Part shown: positions 17,809-27,552 of the stretch, in pieces
Position numbering within the stretch: the first letter of the stretch is position 1
Layout of the letters: every line of letters begins with the position of its first letter
Source: an uncultured bacterium
Lineage (GTDB): Bacteria; Armatimonadota; DTGP01; CAYSAW01
Reading direction: 5' to 3'
Assembly (NCBI GenBank): GCA_964429225.1
Contig: CAYSAW010000001.1
Coordinates: forward strand, 10,091-74,090
DNA length: 64,000 nt
Translations under genes and position numbers: made by a program
Notes under the pieces: model-generated
Seen by the model: only the letters and a program-made list of their open reading frames with translations
Database searches by the model: none
Told to the model about the DNA's origin: nothing

Positions 17809-18573
17809 CTACCGCTTCACCCAGGAGGGGATCTTTGGACCGTCTACATCAAAGGTCATCTCTCCCCAGACCCAATCACCGAACCACTTTACATGACCGT
17901 CAAGGAAGCCGATGTTATTCCCGCCGTTATGCCGTCCGGGGAAGTAGAGCCAGTGCCACTTGGTCCCTTGTCCTCCCGGAGCGCAAGGAGGGTCTCCATA
18001 AGCACAGATGGGAACGTTGGTCCGGGTACGCTTTGAAGCATGGTAGACATCGCCGTCGGTTTGGCCAGCGTTATCCAGATCAGCATCTCCCGTGTCGTTG
18101 GGGTTTGTCGGGAGGGTAGGATCCGGGGGACGAGCACCCGATCCGGGGCTTTCAAAGAAGTCAATGAACTTTGTAGGGTTCTTGACGTCGGAAACTTGGT
18201 GGAGGCTTTGGGGAGGACTATACCCCCCTTCATTGGTGTTCCGGCTGTAGGAGTAATTGTGGTTATCAGAGGGGCACCAGTAAAGCCCTAAGGTTTTGTT
18301 GTAGGTGAGTAAGGCGTTGGTCCAAGTGTCTGCTCGCCGGCCAAAGGTAACGTATCCCGTGTTATACCGGAAGGTCTCATCCCAGTCGTCTAAGTACATC
18401 CGATGGGCTGTGAGGATCTGCTTGAGGTTGTTAGCGCAGGAGGTAGCCCGAGCCTTATCCCGGGCCCGAGCAAAAACGGGGAAGAGGATAGCTGCCAATA
18501 TGGCAATAATCGCGATCACTACAAGGAGCTCGATAAGGGTAAACCCCTTGGTTTTGGAAGTCCGCAAGCGCAT
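17809..18573 (-). CDS. Prepilin-type N-terminal methylation domain protein (DUF1559, H-X9-DG)
   Basis: KG|[28 protein letters not shown] and [17 protein letters not shown] motifs. Confidence 0.92.
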   Translation of the reverse strand: MRLRTSKTKGFTLIELLVVIAIIAILAAILFPVFARARDKARATSCANNLKQILTAHRMYLDDWDETFRYNTGYVTFGRRADTWTNALLTYNKTLGLYWCPSDNHNYSYSRNTNEGGYSPPQSLHQVSDVKNPTKFIDFFESPGSGARPPDPTLPTNPNDTGDADLDNAGQTDGDVYHASKRTRTNVPICAYGDPPCAPGGQGTKWHWLYFPGRHNGGNNIGFLDGHVKWFGDWVWGEMTFDVDGPKIPSWVKR

Positions 18574-18658
18574 GTTATTCCTCCATCCGAGTAGGTAGCC
18601 CCAGCAGGAGAGGAAGAGTATCTACACCTGCTGGAGCTATTTTTCTTATGGTACCTTT

Positions 18659-18688
18659 ATTATACTTTTATTGCTCTTTAGGGGTCAA
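18659..18688 (-). promoter_or_regulatory. Sigma70-type promoter candidate
   Basis: TTGACC-18bp-TATAAT, about 80 nt upstream of the ATG. Confidence 0.7.
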
Positions 18689-18703
18689 ATGGATGGGGAA
18701 CCT

Positions 18704-21412
18704 TTAAGGAGCGGATAAATCAATAAAGGCCCAAGGTACGAGGTTGGCAGTGGTAAATTGCCAGTACGGGGAGAATGACATCTCATTCCCTTTTAAAATT
18801 CCTGCTCCCGCCGAAGATTCGATCCATCCCTCTTTCCCCCCCTTATCCCGGTCGGTAATGAGGAAAGCGAAGCGAACAGGATTTTTCCCCTTCACCAGGC
18901 GGAGCTCTGCCCAAGGGATGGCTACCTCATAGATCGTCTTCTCTTTAACATCATCTCGGCGAATAGCAACTTTTGCCGATTGGATTAAGCCCAGGCCCAA
19001 ATCAGGGTTCGTAGGGTAATAAGTGTAATAGCCTGTTTCAGGAGTATGCAGGCGAAATACCTCCGGCCCCCTAGGGGTCAGGCTGATAGCGTATTCATAG
19101 TCTGTGTCGAAGATTAATCCTCGATAGTAGTCTTTATCTCCTGGGGACTTCAGCTTATGGGGGTCTTCCGCATCCACTCCGAAGGCAATTTGAAGGGTAT
19201 CACCATCAAAAGGAAGGGCATAAGGGTTCTCAGCGAAGCTACTCTGGCTGTGGACATCGTCTTGAACTTCTGCAGCGATGTAAAAGTTCTCTTCATCCCA
19301 CATCGTATAAACGGTGGCGGAGAGGATTCCGGGAGTCCACTTTTTCCGATAGCTTTCTGGACACCAGGGAGATACAAAGGCGGGAGTATCTGCATAAATA
19401 GGAAAAGCTGACTTCCAATCGCTTAGGTCTCCATCTATGGTGGGGGTTCCTTTAACCGTTGCTGCGACAAAGAGGGTTTGCTTCCGGTCTATTTTCCACT
19501 CTTGGCCAGAAAGCCGGGTGCGAAAACTAGGGGTTTCGGGGACTACCCGGAGGGAAACGGGATAACGATTCTCCGGGTTCACGACCGCTTGGAGAACGGG
19601 GAACTCAAGAGTGAGAGTTTGGCCTGGCTGGATCGGTGGGAAGTGTTGGCCCTCCTTAGTGAGCTTCCATCCCGGCGGGGGTTGGAGCTCAGCATACCCC
19701 TCAATAGGACGGTTCAAGTGATTTCTGAGGAGCACCCGTAAAGAAGGGGACTTCTGAATAGGCTCTAGGAAGGGTTGAACTACTACCTCTAAGGGAGGAA
19801 GATTCCTAACCATTGCTTCCCGGAGGTTTTGTAAGAAAGTCAGTTGGTCTTGATCCGTTACCAAGTAGAGAACTTCATCAGAGAGAGGAAGGAGATATTC
19901 GTCCTTCTTCCGCTCGCCTATTGGGTTGCCAAACATATCATAAGCTTGTATCCTATTGGCCTCTTTCAGGATAAGCCTCCCTTGGCCTATTGTAGTCCAG
20001 AGTACTGCGACTTTCCTTCCCGAAGGATGTTTGAAGACCGCTCCCCAGAGATACCGGGAGTAGGGGTATAGATCCTCTACGAGGGTACAATCTTCCAGGA
20101 AGGAGGCGCAGACCGCATAAGTAGCTGCAGAGGCCCGGGGGGTGTAATCGGGTTTGAACAAACCCATATCTTCACTGGCGAGGGTGAACCAGTCTAATTG
20201 CCTGAGCCCTGCTATTGCAGCCAAAACATAGGTCCGAGGAACCCAGCGGGCCATTTGGGGGGAATCCCACAACTGCCATCCCTGTTCGGTATCCCAAACC
20301 TTTGTTTTGCCGAATCTCTTACTAAGGAGGACACTTCTCTCCGCCTTTCCGAAGAAATCTTCCTCCGGAGCGCCAGCTCCATAGGTGTGAGTAGAAGTTT
20401 CATCTACAAAGGAGGTCATCTCTGCTCCTTCCACGAAAAGGACGTCGTTTAAGTGGCTGGCACTTCCTCCAGAGGCGATAATCACTGCGAGAGGATCGGT
20501 TTCCTTAGCTATGGTATAGGCAGATTTCAGCAGACTACGATAATGCTCTGCTGTATTGTGCCAGGTCCAACCCATAACATAAGGTTCGTTCCAAATCTCA
20601 TAGTACTTTAGCTTCCCTCGGTAACGCTGGAGAACGGCGCGAACATAATTCGCAAAGTCCTCTACCTTTTCTGGTGCATCAAGATACTGATAGGGTTTTC
20701 CATCAGGGCCTTTAGGTTTGGCCCAGTCTGGGGCATAATCTAAGATAGGCAAGAGGCAAAGCTGGTATTTCTCACACCATTCCACCAAGCGATCAAAGCG
20801 GGACCAATCAAACTTCCCTTTTTCTGGCTCATTGCTCATCCAGGAAGTACCTGCATCGCTTCGGAGCCATCGGGCACCGATTTTTTGCAAAGCATAGAAG
20901 GCTTTCTCTTCGCTAGGGTTAGCGGCAACGCCGAAGAGAGAATTCTCCTTCTTTCCTGGTTGAGGGCGGGGGATAATGGCGATGGCGCTCTCTGCTTTTC
21001 CCTTCTCTTTTCCAGCCTCAGCGGATACCACCAGAGGATACCACCCTAGGCGTTTGATCTCCGCTCCCCATCGGAAATGGAGTGTGAATTCTTCAACACC
21101 TCCTGCTTTCAGAACCCTATTCCTTACCTTTCCTTCTTTCAATTTCTTTCCGTAATAGTCGGATAAACTCCAGGAATAGCTTATTTTTCGCTCTATCGGA
21201 CGATTATTTTTTATAGTTACATTAAAAAGGATCTCTTGTTTCCCCGATTGGAGATCCTCCACGAAGAATAGCCCTACTTCATCGGAAGATTTAATAGTAA
21301 TGTTAAAAGAGGGAGGTTGAGAAGGGGTGTCCGCCAAAGTAGACCGGAGGGAAAGCAACTCCCAAAGGATACAAAGAGATAGAGATAAAAGAAGCCACCT
21401 TATTCTTGCCAT
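18704..21412 (-). CDS. Secreted multidomain clan GH-A glycoside hydrolase (GH39/GH5-like barrel, Ig-like, C-terminal CBM9/DOMON-like domain)
   Basis: Signal peptide MARIRWLL at 21412; YYEIWNEP acid/base; VWDTEQGW nucleophile; PTIDGDLSDW...WDEENFYIAAEVQDD CBM9-like signature. Confidence 0.75.
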   Translation of the reverse strand: MARIRWLLLSLSLCILWELLSLRSTLADTPSQPPSFNITIKSSDEVGLFFVEDLQSGKQEILFNVTIKNNRPIERKISYSWSLSDYYGKKLKEGKVRNRVLKAGGVEEFTLHFRWGAEIKRLGWYPLVVSAEAGKEKGKAESAIAIIPRPQPGKKENSLFGVAANPSEEKAFYALQKIGARWLRSDAGTSWMSNEPEKGKFDWSRFDRLVEWCEKYQLCLLPILDYAPDWAKPKGPDGKPYQYLDAPEKVEDFANYVRAVLQRYRGKLKYYEIWNEPYVMGWTWHNTAEHYRSLLKSAYTIAKETDPLAVIIASGGSASHLNDVLFVEGAEMTSFVDETSTHTYGAGAPEEDFFGKAERSVLLSKRFGKTKVWDTEQGWQLWDSPQMARWVPRTYVLAAIAGLRQLDWFTLASEDMGLFKPDYTPRASAATYAVCASFLEDCTLVEDLYPYSRYLWGAVFKHPSGRKVAVLWTTIGQGRLILKEANRIQAYDMFGNPIGERKKDEYLLPLSDEVLYLVTDQDQLTFLQNLREAMVRNLPPLEVVVQPFLEPIQKSPSLRVLLRNHLNRPIEGYAELQPPPGWKLTKEGQHFPPIQPGQTLTLEFPVLQAVVNPENRYPVSLRVVPETPSFRTRLSGQEWKIDRKQTLFVAATVKGTPTIDGDLSDWKSAFPIYADTPAFVSPWCPESYRKKWTPGILSATVYTMWDEENFYIAAEVQDDVHSQSSFAENPYALPFDGDTLQIAFGVDAEDPHKLKSPGDKDYYRGLIFDTDYEYAISLTPRGPEVFRLHTPETGYYTYYPTNPDLGLGLIQSAKVAIRRDDVKEKTIYEVAIPWAELRLVKGKNPVRFAFLITDRDKGGKEGWIESSAGAGILKGNEMSFSPYWQFTTANLVPWAFIDLSAP

Positions 21413-21550
21413 AAAGGAAACTCCTTCACCCGGGAATCCGATTTCTGAGAAGGGGGTTAAAGAACAACTTCCCGCAAACTCTTTCCCCTTGACGGGGAAT
21501 ATTCCCTCTCTCAAGCAGGGAGTGCCGTACTTTTTGGCGAAAGGGTTTTT

Positions 21551-24376
21551 GTGATGAAGAAATTGTTCCTCCTACTTCTTGCAGTATCTTCCACCTCTCT
21601 CTTCGGGGCGGAAACTCCCCCAGCAAACTTAAAACCAACTTCAGTCCGTGGCAGCACTCATTTTGCTCTCTATTACTCGTTCTTCAGGCCAGCGTCGAAA
21701 TCGAGTAAATCCGCCTACCCCATTCAGCAACCAGATGGCACTAATCGCTTAACCCTCCTGCCTATGGAAGGAATAGGCCCTTGGTTGAATGCAGGCTACA
21801 GCGGTTGGCACCGAGGTCAACTCCAGTCTTTAATGGAGGCGGGGATTAACGGCGTACTATTCTATTTTGAAGGAGACCCCGACTCCCGGAAGGATTGGGC
21901 GCTCGCTAGTTTAGATATGTTTGTCCAGGCGCTGATAGATTTGAGAACATCCCGAAAAGAGGTTCCTTTAGTAGCCCTTTACCTCGACTTCCCTCTTAAA
22001 AACGCACCCTTAGATGCTAGCCAACCGGAGGGCAAAGCGGAGATCTATCAAGCTATCCGTGACTTCTATCAAAGAGTTCCCGCTTATCTTCGGGCAGAAG
22101 TAGCCTTGCCGGGGCAGGAAGATAAAGTGGGGAACTTCGTTTACCTCGGTGCGCCCATTGGTATAACCGTCTGCGGGCGAGACCTAGCAGATTATCTCTC
22201 CCAATCCTTTGAGAAGGACTTTGGGCTCCCTCTCGTAGTTGGAGGAGATCCCCAGTGGGCATCCAAGGGTGCAGACTTGCCTTTTACAGTCTCAATGGAC
22301 CCTGCAAGGGTTCTGAATTTCTCCTCCGATCAGGGAAACACTACCTCCTCTGCAGAGAAAGCTAAACCTCTCCTTCGGATAGTAGCCATCAGCCCTTCCT
22401 ATAACAATGCGGGCTTGCTTGGGAAGGAGGTACCTGTTCGCTTGCGGGAAGGAGGACGTCCTTATATCACCGCTTGGAACACTATTGGTTCCCAAAAAGT
22501 GAACCTTGTCCTTATCAACTCTTGGAACGGCTTTCATAACGGTACGGCGATCGCTCCGACTCGGCAGTATGGACGGAGGGAAATGGATTTGACTCGAGCT
22601 GCCCTAAGCCGGTGGGAGAATGCTGGCGAGTACGGGGTGAAGATTCTCAAATCCTTTGTCCCCGATCGAATGGCCCCCAAAAGCATTCAATGGTGTGAGT
22701 TTAAATTGCAAAACATTGGGAGTAGCCCTTGGGTAAGTGTTTTGAATAGCCTAAGATACCAGCTCTCTTCCCCCGATGGCTCAGTACAAACTTCCGGCAA
22801 AGTCAACCTTCCTCGGGAAGTCGCCCCCCGAGACATCGTTACTTTGGGGATAGGGGTTTCCCTCCTGGATGCCAAAGCTCAACCCCTTCCTGAAGGGCAA
22901 TACCACTTGCGTTTCACTTTAGCAGTGGGACCTAATGAAAGTATTGTTCTGCCTTTGGTGGCTAAATCCATTGTGATAACTCCTAATCCTCAGCAGGTTT
23001 TGACTCTGCTCGATTCAACCCTTCCCAGGGTACTCCGTTCCGGGGCCTCTTATCGAGTTAGCCTCCGGGTCCGTAATGAAACAAAGGACCTCTGGACCAA
23101 AAATACCTTCTCATTGGTTTACCGTTGGGTCTTAAACAAAGGGGGTAAGAGGACTGTCTTAGGCCTAGGTCCTACGAAAGCGATTCTTCCCCAAAATCTT
23201 TTACCGGGGGAGCAAGGGCAGATTACCGTTAATGTGACCGCTGCCACCGCAGGCAAGCCGCTGGAACCTTGGTCTCCTGAAGCAGATTGGAGCTATGAAA
23301 TTGAATGGGGAATTGAAGGTCCTGAAGGCCCCCATTTTAACCCCGAGGAGGCGGGTCAGAATAGTCGGGAGGTAGTGGAGGTTCGACCCTTCGAGACCGC
23401 AGTGGAGTTCCCTTATGGTGCTGGCCTTCCCACCCAGGTGGAAGCAGATAGGCCCTATGAAGCGAAAGCAGTGATCCGAAACTTGGGTCCTGATACTTGG
23501 CAGAGGGGAGACCTTTACGTCAGTCATCAATGGTACTACTGGGATGGTGTTCCTTTAACTAAAAGCTCGGAAAAAGTTCCGCTGGAACCTCCCCTAGGCG
23601 AGCTGAAACCCGGAGAGGAGGCCCTCGTTCGGATGAAAGTTCAAAGCCCTCCTTTTGCCGGGCCTTACATCCTCCTCTGGCAGGTTTGGTATCGAGACCG
23701 CCTGCTGAGCGATTTACCAGTGTTTCGAGGTACTCCGCTTATGCCCTCTTATACGATGGTCAATGGTGGTCCTTTCAAGCCAGTGAATCTGGCCGAGGCC
23801 TTTGATGAAGATGGATTCGCTTCGGACTTAGATCCGAGTAACGGTAACTTGGACGGTAACGGAACCACCATCCCCTCGGATTTGGTGCCTCCAGAGGTGA
23901 CACCGATGCCCCAACGACCCGATATCTTCCCCTGCGGGTATTTAGGTCGCTTGATCGGAGTGGGCTATGATGCTAATCGTCACGTTCCCTTCCAGTGGCC
24001 TGAGAAGCGGGATGACCAAAAAAACCTGCTCACTTGCAATGGTCAGCGTCTCGATCTCCGCCTTAGAGGGTGCAATCGAGTGCATCTGGCAGCCTTGGCT
24101 CTGGAGGACACCGAGGGGGATTTTATTCTCCACTTCTCCGACGGGACTCAGCAATCCCAGCGGATTCTCTTCTCAGCCAGTGATGCCCCCCCTCATTTTG
24201 GGGAACACCCAGCTTTCAGTTTGCCCCTTCGGCTCAATCGTCAGAAGGTTGAACTCGTTCCTGTTTATATTAACCATTATATCCTTGAGGGGGACCCCCG
24301 TAAGGATCTAGTGGGGATTACTTTACCTTCTAATCCAAGTATTAAAATTCTCGCCTTGACTCTGGAGAGCTGGTAA
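21551..24376 (+). CDS. Secreted protein: GH99/GH71-like barrel, three Ig-like repeats and C-terminal carbohydrate-binding-like domain
   Basis: Signal peptide; EAGINGVLFY and LINSWNGFHNGTAIAP resemble the SWNEWHEGT.IEP motif; three ..N.G...W Ig repeats; VNL...FDEDG...GNLDGNG C-domain. Confidence 0.6.
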   Translation: MMKKLFLLLLAVSSTSLFGAETPPANLKPTSVRGSTHFALYYSFFRPASKSSKSAYPIQQPDGTNRLTLLPMEGIGPWLNAGYSGWHRGQLQSLMEAGINGVLFYFEGDPDSRKDWALASLDMFVQALIDLRTSRKEVPLVALYLDFPLKNAPLDASQPEGKAEIYQAIRDFYQRVPAYLRAEVALPGQEDKVGNFVYLGAPIGITVCGRDLADYLSQSFEKDFGLPLVVGGDPQWASKGADLPFTVSMDPARVLNFSSDQGNTTSSAEKAKPLLRIVAISPSYNNAGLLGKEVPVRLREGGRPYITAWNTIGSQKVNLVLINSWNGFHNGTAIAPTRQYGRREMDLTRAALSRWENAGEYGVKILKSFVPDRMAPKSIQWCEFKLQNIGSSPWVSVLNSLRYQLSSPDGSVQTSGKVNLPREVAPRDIVTLGIGVSLLDAKAQPLPEGQYHLRFTLAVGPNESIVLPLVAKSIVITPNPQQVLTLLDSTLPRVLRSGASYRVSLRVRNETKDLWTKNTFSLVYRWVLNKGGKRTVLGLGPTKAILPQNLLPGEQGQITVNVTAATAGKPLEPWSPEADWSYEIEWGIEGPEGPHFNPEEAGQNSREVVEVRPFETAVEFPYGAGLPTQVEADRPYEAKAVIRNLGPDTWQRGDLYVSHQWYYWDGVPLTKSSEKVPLEPPLGELKPGEEALVRMKVQSPPFAGPYILLWQVWYRDRLLSDLPVFRGTPLMPSYTMVNGGPFKPVNLAEAFDEDGFASDLDPSNGNLDGNGTTIPSDLVPPEVTPMPQRPDIFPCGYLGRLIGVGYDANRHVPFQWPEKRDDQKNLLTCNGQRLDLRLRGCNRVHLAALALEDTEGDFILHFSDGTQQSQRILFSASDAPPHFGEHPAFSLPLRLNRQKVELVPVYINHYILEGDPRKDLVGITLPSNPSIKILALTLESW

Positions 24377-25072
24377 GTGCTAACCGGAAGTTTGATCAAT
24401 GCCGGGACTGTTCTACTGGGTTCTTCCATCGGTGCCCTTTTGGGGGATCACCTTCCCGAGGGACTAAGGCGATCTCTACGTTTGGTTATCGGCCTTTTTA
24501 CTTTACTCCTTGGCCTCCAGATGGGCCTGCAGTCGAAGAATCCGGTTATCCTCCTTAGTTCGCTTTTTCTAGGGGCTTTTCTTGGTGAAGCTCTTCAGAT
24601 GGATCATCGCTTAAGCCAAGCGGGAAAGTGGATGGAGAACCGTTTTGGGGGCCAGGGGAACGGGGGAGAGGCGATTGTTGGGCCCTTTGTCGTTTTCTGC
24701 ATCGGCCCCCTCACTCTTTTGGGGTGTCTCCGGGAGGGGTTAACAGGGGATTATAGCCTGCTTCTGACGAAATCACTTCTGGACGGCTTTTCCTCGATGG
24801 GTTTCGCAGCTAGCTTAGGTTGGAAGGTGCTCCTTAGCGCCATCCCCCTGTTCCTCTTCCAAGGGGGACTATCTCTGACCGCTGGAGGTCTTCAACCTTG
24901 GATGACCGCTTCGGTTAAGGCGGAGCTCTTTGGTACAGGAGGGGTGATTCTGCTGGGTTTAGCTTTACACCTTTTGGATCTGAAAGCGATTCGAGTAGCA
25001 AATCTCTTGCCCGCCCTCCTCTTCGCTCCCCTTCTGGCCTATGGGTGGGAGCATAGCCCTTGGAGCAAATGA
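24377..25072 (+). CDS. DUF554 family membrane protein
   Basis: GSLINAGTVLLGS, FCIGPLTLLG, LLLTKSLLDG and IRVANLLPAL motifs. Confidence 0.88.
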   Translation: MLTGSLINAGTVLLGSSIGALLGDHLPEGLRRSLRLVIGLFTLLLGLQMGLQSKNPVILLSSLFLGAFLGEALQMDHRLSQAGKWMENRFGGQGNGGEAIVGPFVVFCIGPLTLLGCLREGLTGDYSLLLTKSLLDGFSSMGFAASLGWKVLLSAIPLFLFQGGLSLTAGGLQPWMTASVKAELFGTGGVILLGLALHLLDLKAIRVANLLPALLFAPLLAYGWEHSPWSK

Positions 25073-25251
25073 GGATCTTCCCAATTACTTCTTAAAAACT
25101 CCCTTTCTAGGCGATAAGGGGAGGATAACCCGACTTTCATCGCCTAGGTCTGGGGCAGGTGAGCTCTGCCTAGCGTTATTCATTCCTTCTATGCCCAGGG
25201 AAGGGGCATCCGGAAAAGGAAGAACTTATCAACAAAGGAGGTTCAAGAAAG

Positions 25252-25920
25252 GTGAAAGAACTCAAAGCGCTCTTTCTTCTAGGTCTATTTTCAATGATTC
25301 TTCCCGTTTGGGGACAACCCAATGATGAAGGTTGGATTAATTTGATTGCTGGAAACTCCTTGAATGGCTGGATGCTAAGGCATGCTGATGGCCGAAATGG
25401 CTGGAGAGTAGAGAATGGTGTTCTGATTAATCAACCGCCCAGCACTGATATTGTCCACGTCTTGAAGTTCCAGGATCATGAGCTCCATATCGAGTTTATG
25501 GTACCCCCTGGGAGTAACAGCGGGGTTTATATCCAGGGGCGGTATGAAATTCAGATTGACGACGCCTTTGGGCGCCCTCCAAGCCCCCATATGTGTGGAG
25601 CTGTCTATGGACGTATTGCCCCTAAAGTGAATGCCTCTAAACGAGCCGGTGAGTGGCAAACCTTTGATGTGAAGTTTATCGCTCCACGGTTGGATAAAAG
25701 GGGGAAGGTGATCAAGAAGGCCCGGATCACTGTAATTCACAATGGAGTCACTATCATTGATAATGCGGAGATTGATGGGATTACAGGTGGAGCCTTGGAG
25801 GGTCAGGAAGGTATCCCCGGCGGCCTGATGCTTCAGGGGGACCACGGCCCGATCCAGTACCGAAACATCCGCATCCGCCCTTTAAGGTCCGATGACGATA
25901 AGGGGAGTGCTAAAAAGTAA
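25252..25920 (+). CDS. DUF1080 (3-keto-disaccharide hydrolase-like) secreted protein
   Basis: GWINL..GNSLNGW, NSGVYIQGRYEIQI, GEWQTFDV, HNGV and LQGDHGPIQYRNIRI motifs. Confidence 0.88.
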   Translation: MKELKALFLLGLFSMILPVWGQPNDEGWINLIAGNSLNGWMLRHADGRNGWRVENGVLINQPPSTDIVHVLKFQDHELHIEFMVPPGSNSGVYIQGRYEIQIDDAFGRPPSPHMCGAVYGRIAPKVNASKRAGEWQTFDVKFIAPRLDKRGKVIKKARITVIHNGVTIIDNAEIDGITGGALEGQEGIPGGLMLQGDHGPIQYRNIRIRPLRSDDDKGSAKK

Positions 25921-25958
25921 ATGGTCTAGAGAGATCTAGCCCTGGTCTTGCTACTATT

Positions 25959-25981
25959 GGGGCACCCACCGAGGGTGCCCC
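25959..25981. repeat. REP-like hairpin / possible terminator between convergent genes
   Basis: GGGGCACCC-ACCGA-GGGTGCCCC; shares GGGGC..GCCCC arms with the hairpins at 38524 and 39304. Confidence 0.45.
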
Positions 25982-26052
25982 TTCCTTCTCTGCATATTCT
26001 CCCTGGGGGCCATAGATATCCCAATCTATGCCCCCTGCTGTAACCCCTTCTA

Positions 26053-27306
26053 TCAGGGATAAATCCCTCGGGTTAAGGTCGCCTCGGCTACTTTCTGTAC
26101 CGCCAGGATGTATGCTGAGGTTCGCAAATCCGTTTTACGCTCTTCCGCGGTTGTTAACACCTGCCGAAAGCTCCGAGTCAGCATCTGCTCTAATTTCTGA
26201 TTGACCTCGGTCAAAGACCAGAAGAAGGCTTGCAAATCTTGCACCCACTCGAAGTAGGAGACAATGACTCCTCCAGCATTAGCTACGATATCCGGAACAA
26301 CAATGATCCCTCTCTTTTGAAGGATAGCATCCGCCTCGGGGGTAACAGGACCATTTGCTCCTTCGACAATCAATTTCGCCCTAATCTGAGAAGCGTTTGC
26401 TTCGGTGATAACCTGTCCCAAAGCGGCGGGGATGAGGATGTCCACAGGAAGCTGGAGGAGTTGCTCGTTGGTTATCCTTTCTCCTTGGGGATAATCAGCC
26501 ACGGTGCCCGCGACCTGCTTATGGGAGATCACTTCGGAAAGGTTTAATCCCTGAGGGTTATAAACTCCTCCCTGAGAGTCGCTCACAGCGACTACCTTTA
26601 CCCCCATTTCCTGGAGGATCCGAGCGGTTACCATGCCTACGTTGCCAAACCCTTGAATAGCGGTTGTGGAGTTCTCGAGCTTCAACCCAAATATTTCAGC
26701 AGACAATCGGGTAACGATAGCTACCCCGCGACCGGTAGCTTCTAATCTACCTTCCGAGCCTCCCACTGAGAGAGGTTTACCTGTAACTACAGCCAACTCG
26801 GTGTGGCCAATGTGCATACTATAAGTATCCATAATCCAGGCCATTGTCTGAGGATTCGTGTTCACATCCGGGGCGGGGATGTCCCTCTCGGGGCCGATCA
26901 GGATCGAGATTTCGGTGGTAAAACGACGGGTTAAATTCTCTAATTCTCTTGGAGAGAGCTGCTTGGGATCGCAAACCACCCCTCCTTTAGCCCCACTAAA
27001 AGGGAGACCTGCTACAGCGCACTTCCAGGTCATCCACATTGCCAAAGCCCGGACTTCATCTAAATCTACTTGGGGGTGATAGCGGATCCCTCCTTTGGCC
27101 GGCCCTAGAGCGGCGTTATGGTGAACCCGGTATCCCGTAAAAACCCGGATACTGCCATCATCCATCTTCACTGGAAAGTTCACAGTGAGTTCTCGTTTGG
27201 GCTTTTTTAAAATCTCGTGCAGTCCTGGGTCCAATCCCAAGTGAGAGGCTGCAATCTCTAGCTGTTTTAAGGCCATTGTATAGGCGCTTTGAGAGTTTTG
27301 GCTCAT
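26053..27306 (-). CDS. gdhA: Glutamate dehydrogenase (Glu/Leu/Phe/Val family)
   Basis: GPAKGGIRYHP, MTWKCA, GAKGG, DIPAPD, VTGKP..GGS.GR.EATGRG, QGFGNVG and EGANGP motifs. Confidence 0.93.
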   Translation of the reverse strand: MSQNSQSAYTMALKQLEIAASHLGLDPGLHEILKKPKRELTVNFPVKMDDGSIRVFTGYRVHHNAALGPAKGGIRYHPQVDLDEVRALAMWMTWKCAVAGLPFSGAKGGVVCDPKQLSPRELENLTRRFTTEISILIGPERDIPAPDVNTNPQTMAWIMDTYSMHIGHTELAVVTGKPLSVGGSEGRLEATGRGVAIVTRLSAEIFGLKLENSTTAIQGFGNVGMVTARILQEMGVKVVAVSDSQGGVYNPQGLNLSEVISHKQVAGTVADYPQGERITNEQLLQLPVDILIPAALGQVITEANASQIRAKLIVEGANGPVTPEADAILQKRGIIVVPDIVANAGGVIVSYFEWVQDLQAFFWSLTEVNQKLEQMLTRSFRQVLTTAEERKTDLRTSAYILAVQKVAEATLTRGIYP

Positions 27307-27552
27307 CCCTTGCCTCCTTGATCACTAAACGACGAACCTTTTTGAGAGGGCTTGGGATTTCTGTTCTCCCAAGAGCTCTTCCTCTATTCCTTTATTCCTT
27401 CCCATTTTAACCCCTGCTGAATCGTTCAGAAAAGGGGAGGTCTCTCGAATCAGAATGTCCTTTTGTTTCCTTCCACAGGTGCAGGGGAGATAAGTTATTA
27501 GCCTGAGCAAATCGTTTCCGGGTGCTGAGGAAGAAAAAGGGTACTAAGGCCT

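Noticed and set aside
21413-21514. N-terminal 34 codons of the 936-aa ORF call
   Set aside because: The signal peptide begins at ATG 21412; the extension occupies the divergent promoter region.
24374-24379. In-frame stop-start between the 941-aa protein and DUF554
   Set aside because: TAA stop, and both proteins look complete; ordinary tight gene packing.
27411-27438. CTGAA-TCG-TTCAG inverted repeat upstream of gdhA as an operator
   Set aside because: Short, single copy, and no match to a regulator motif I can name.
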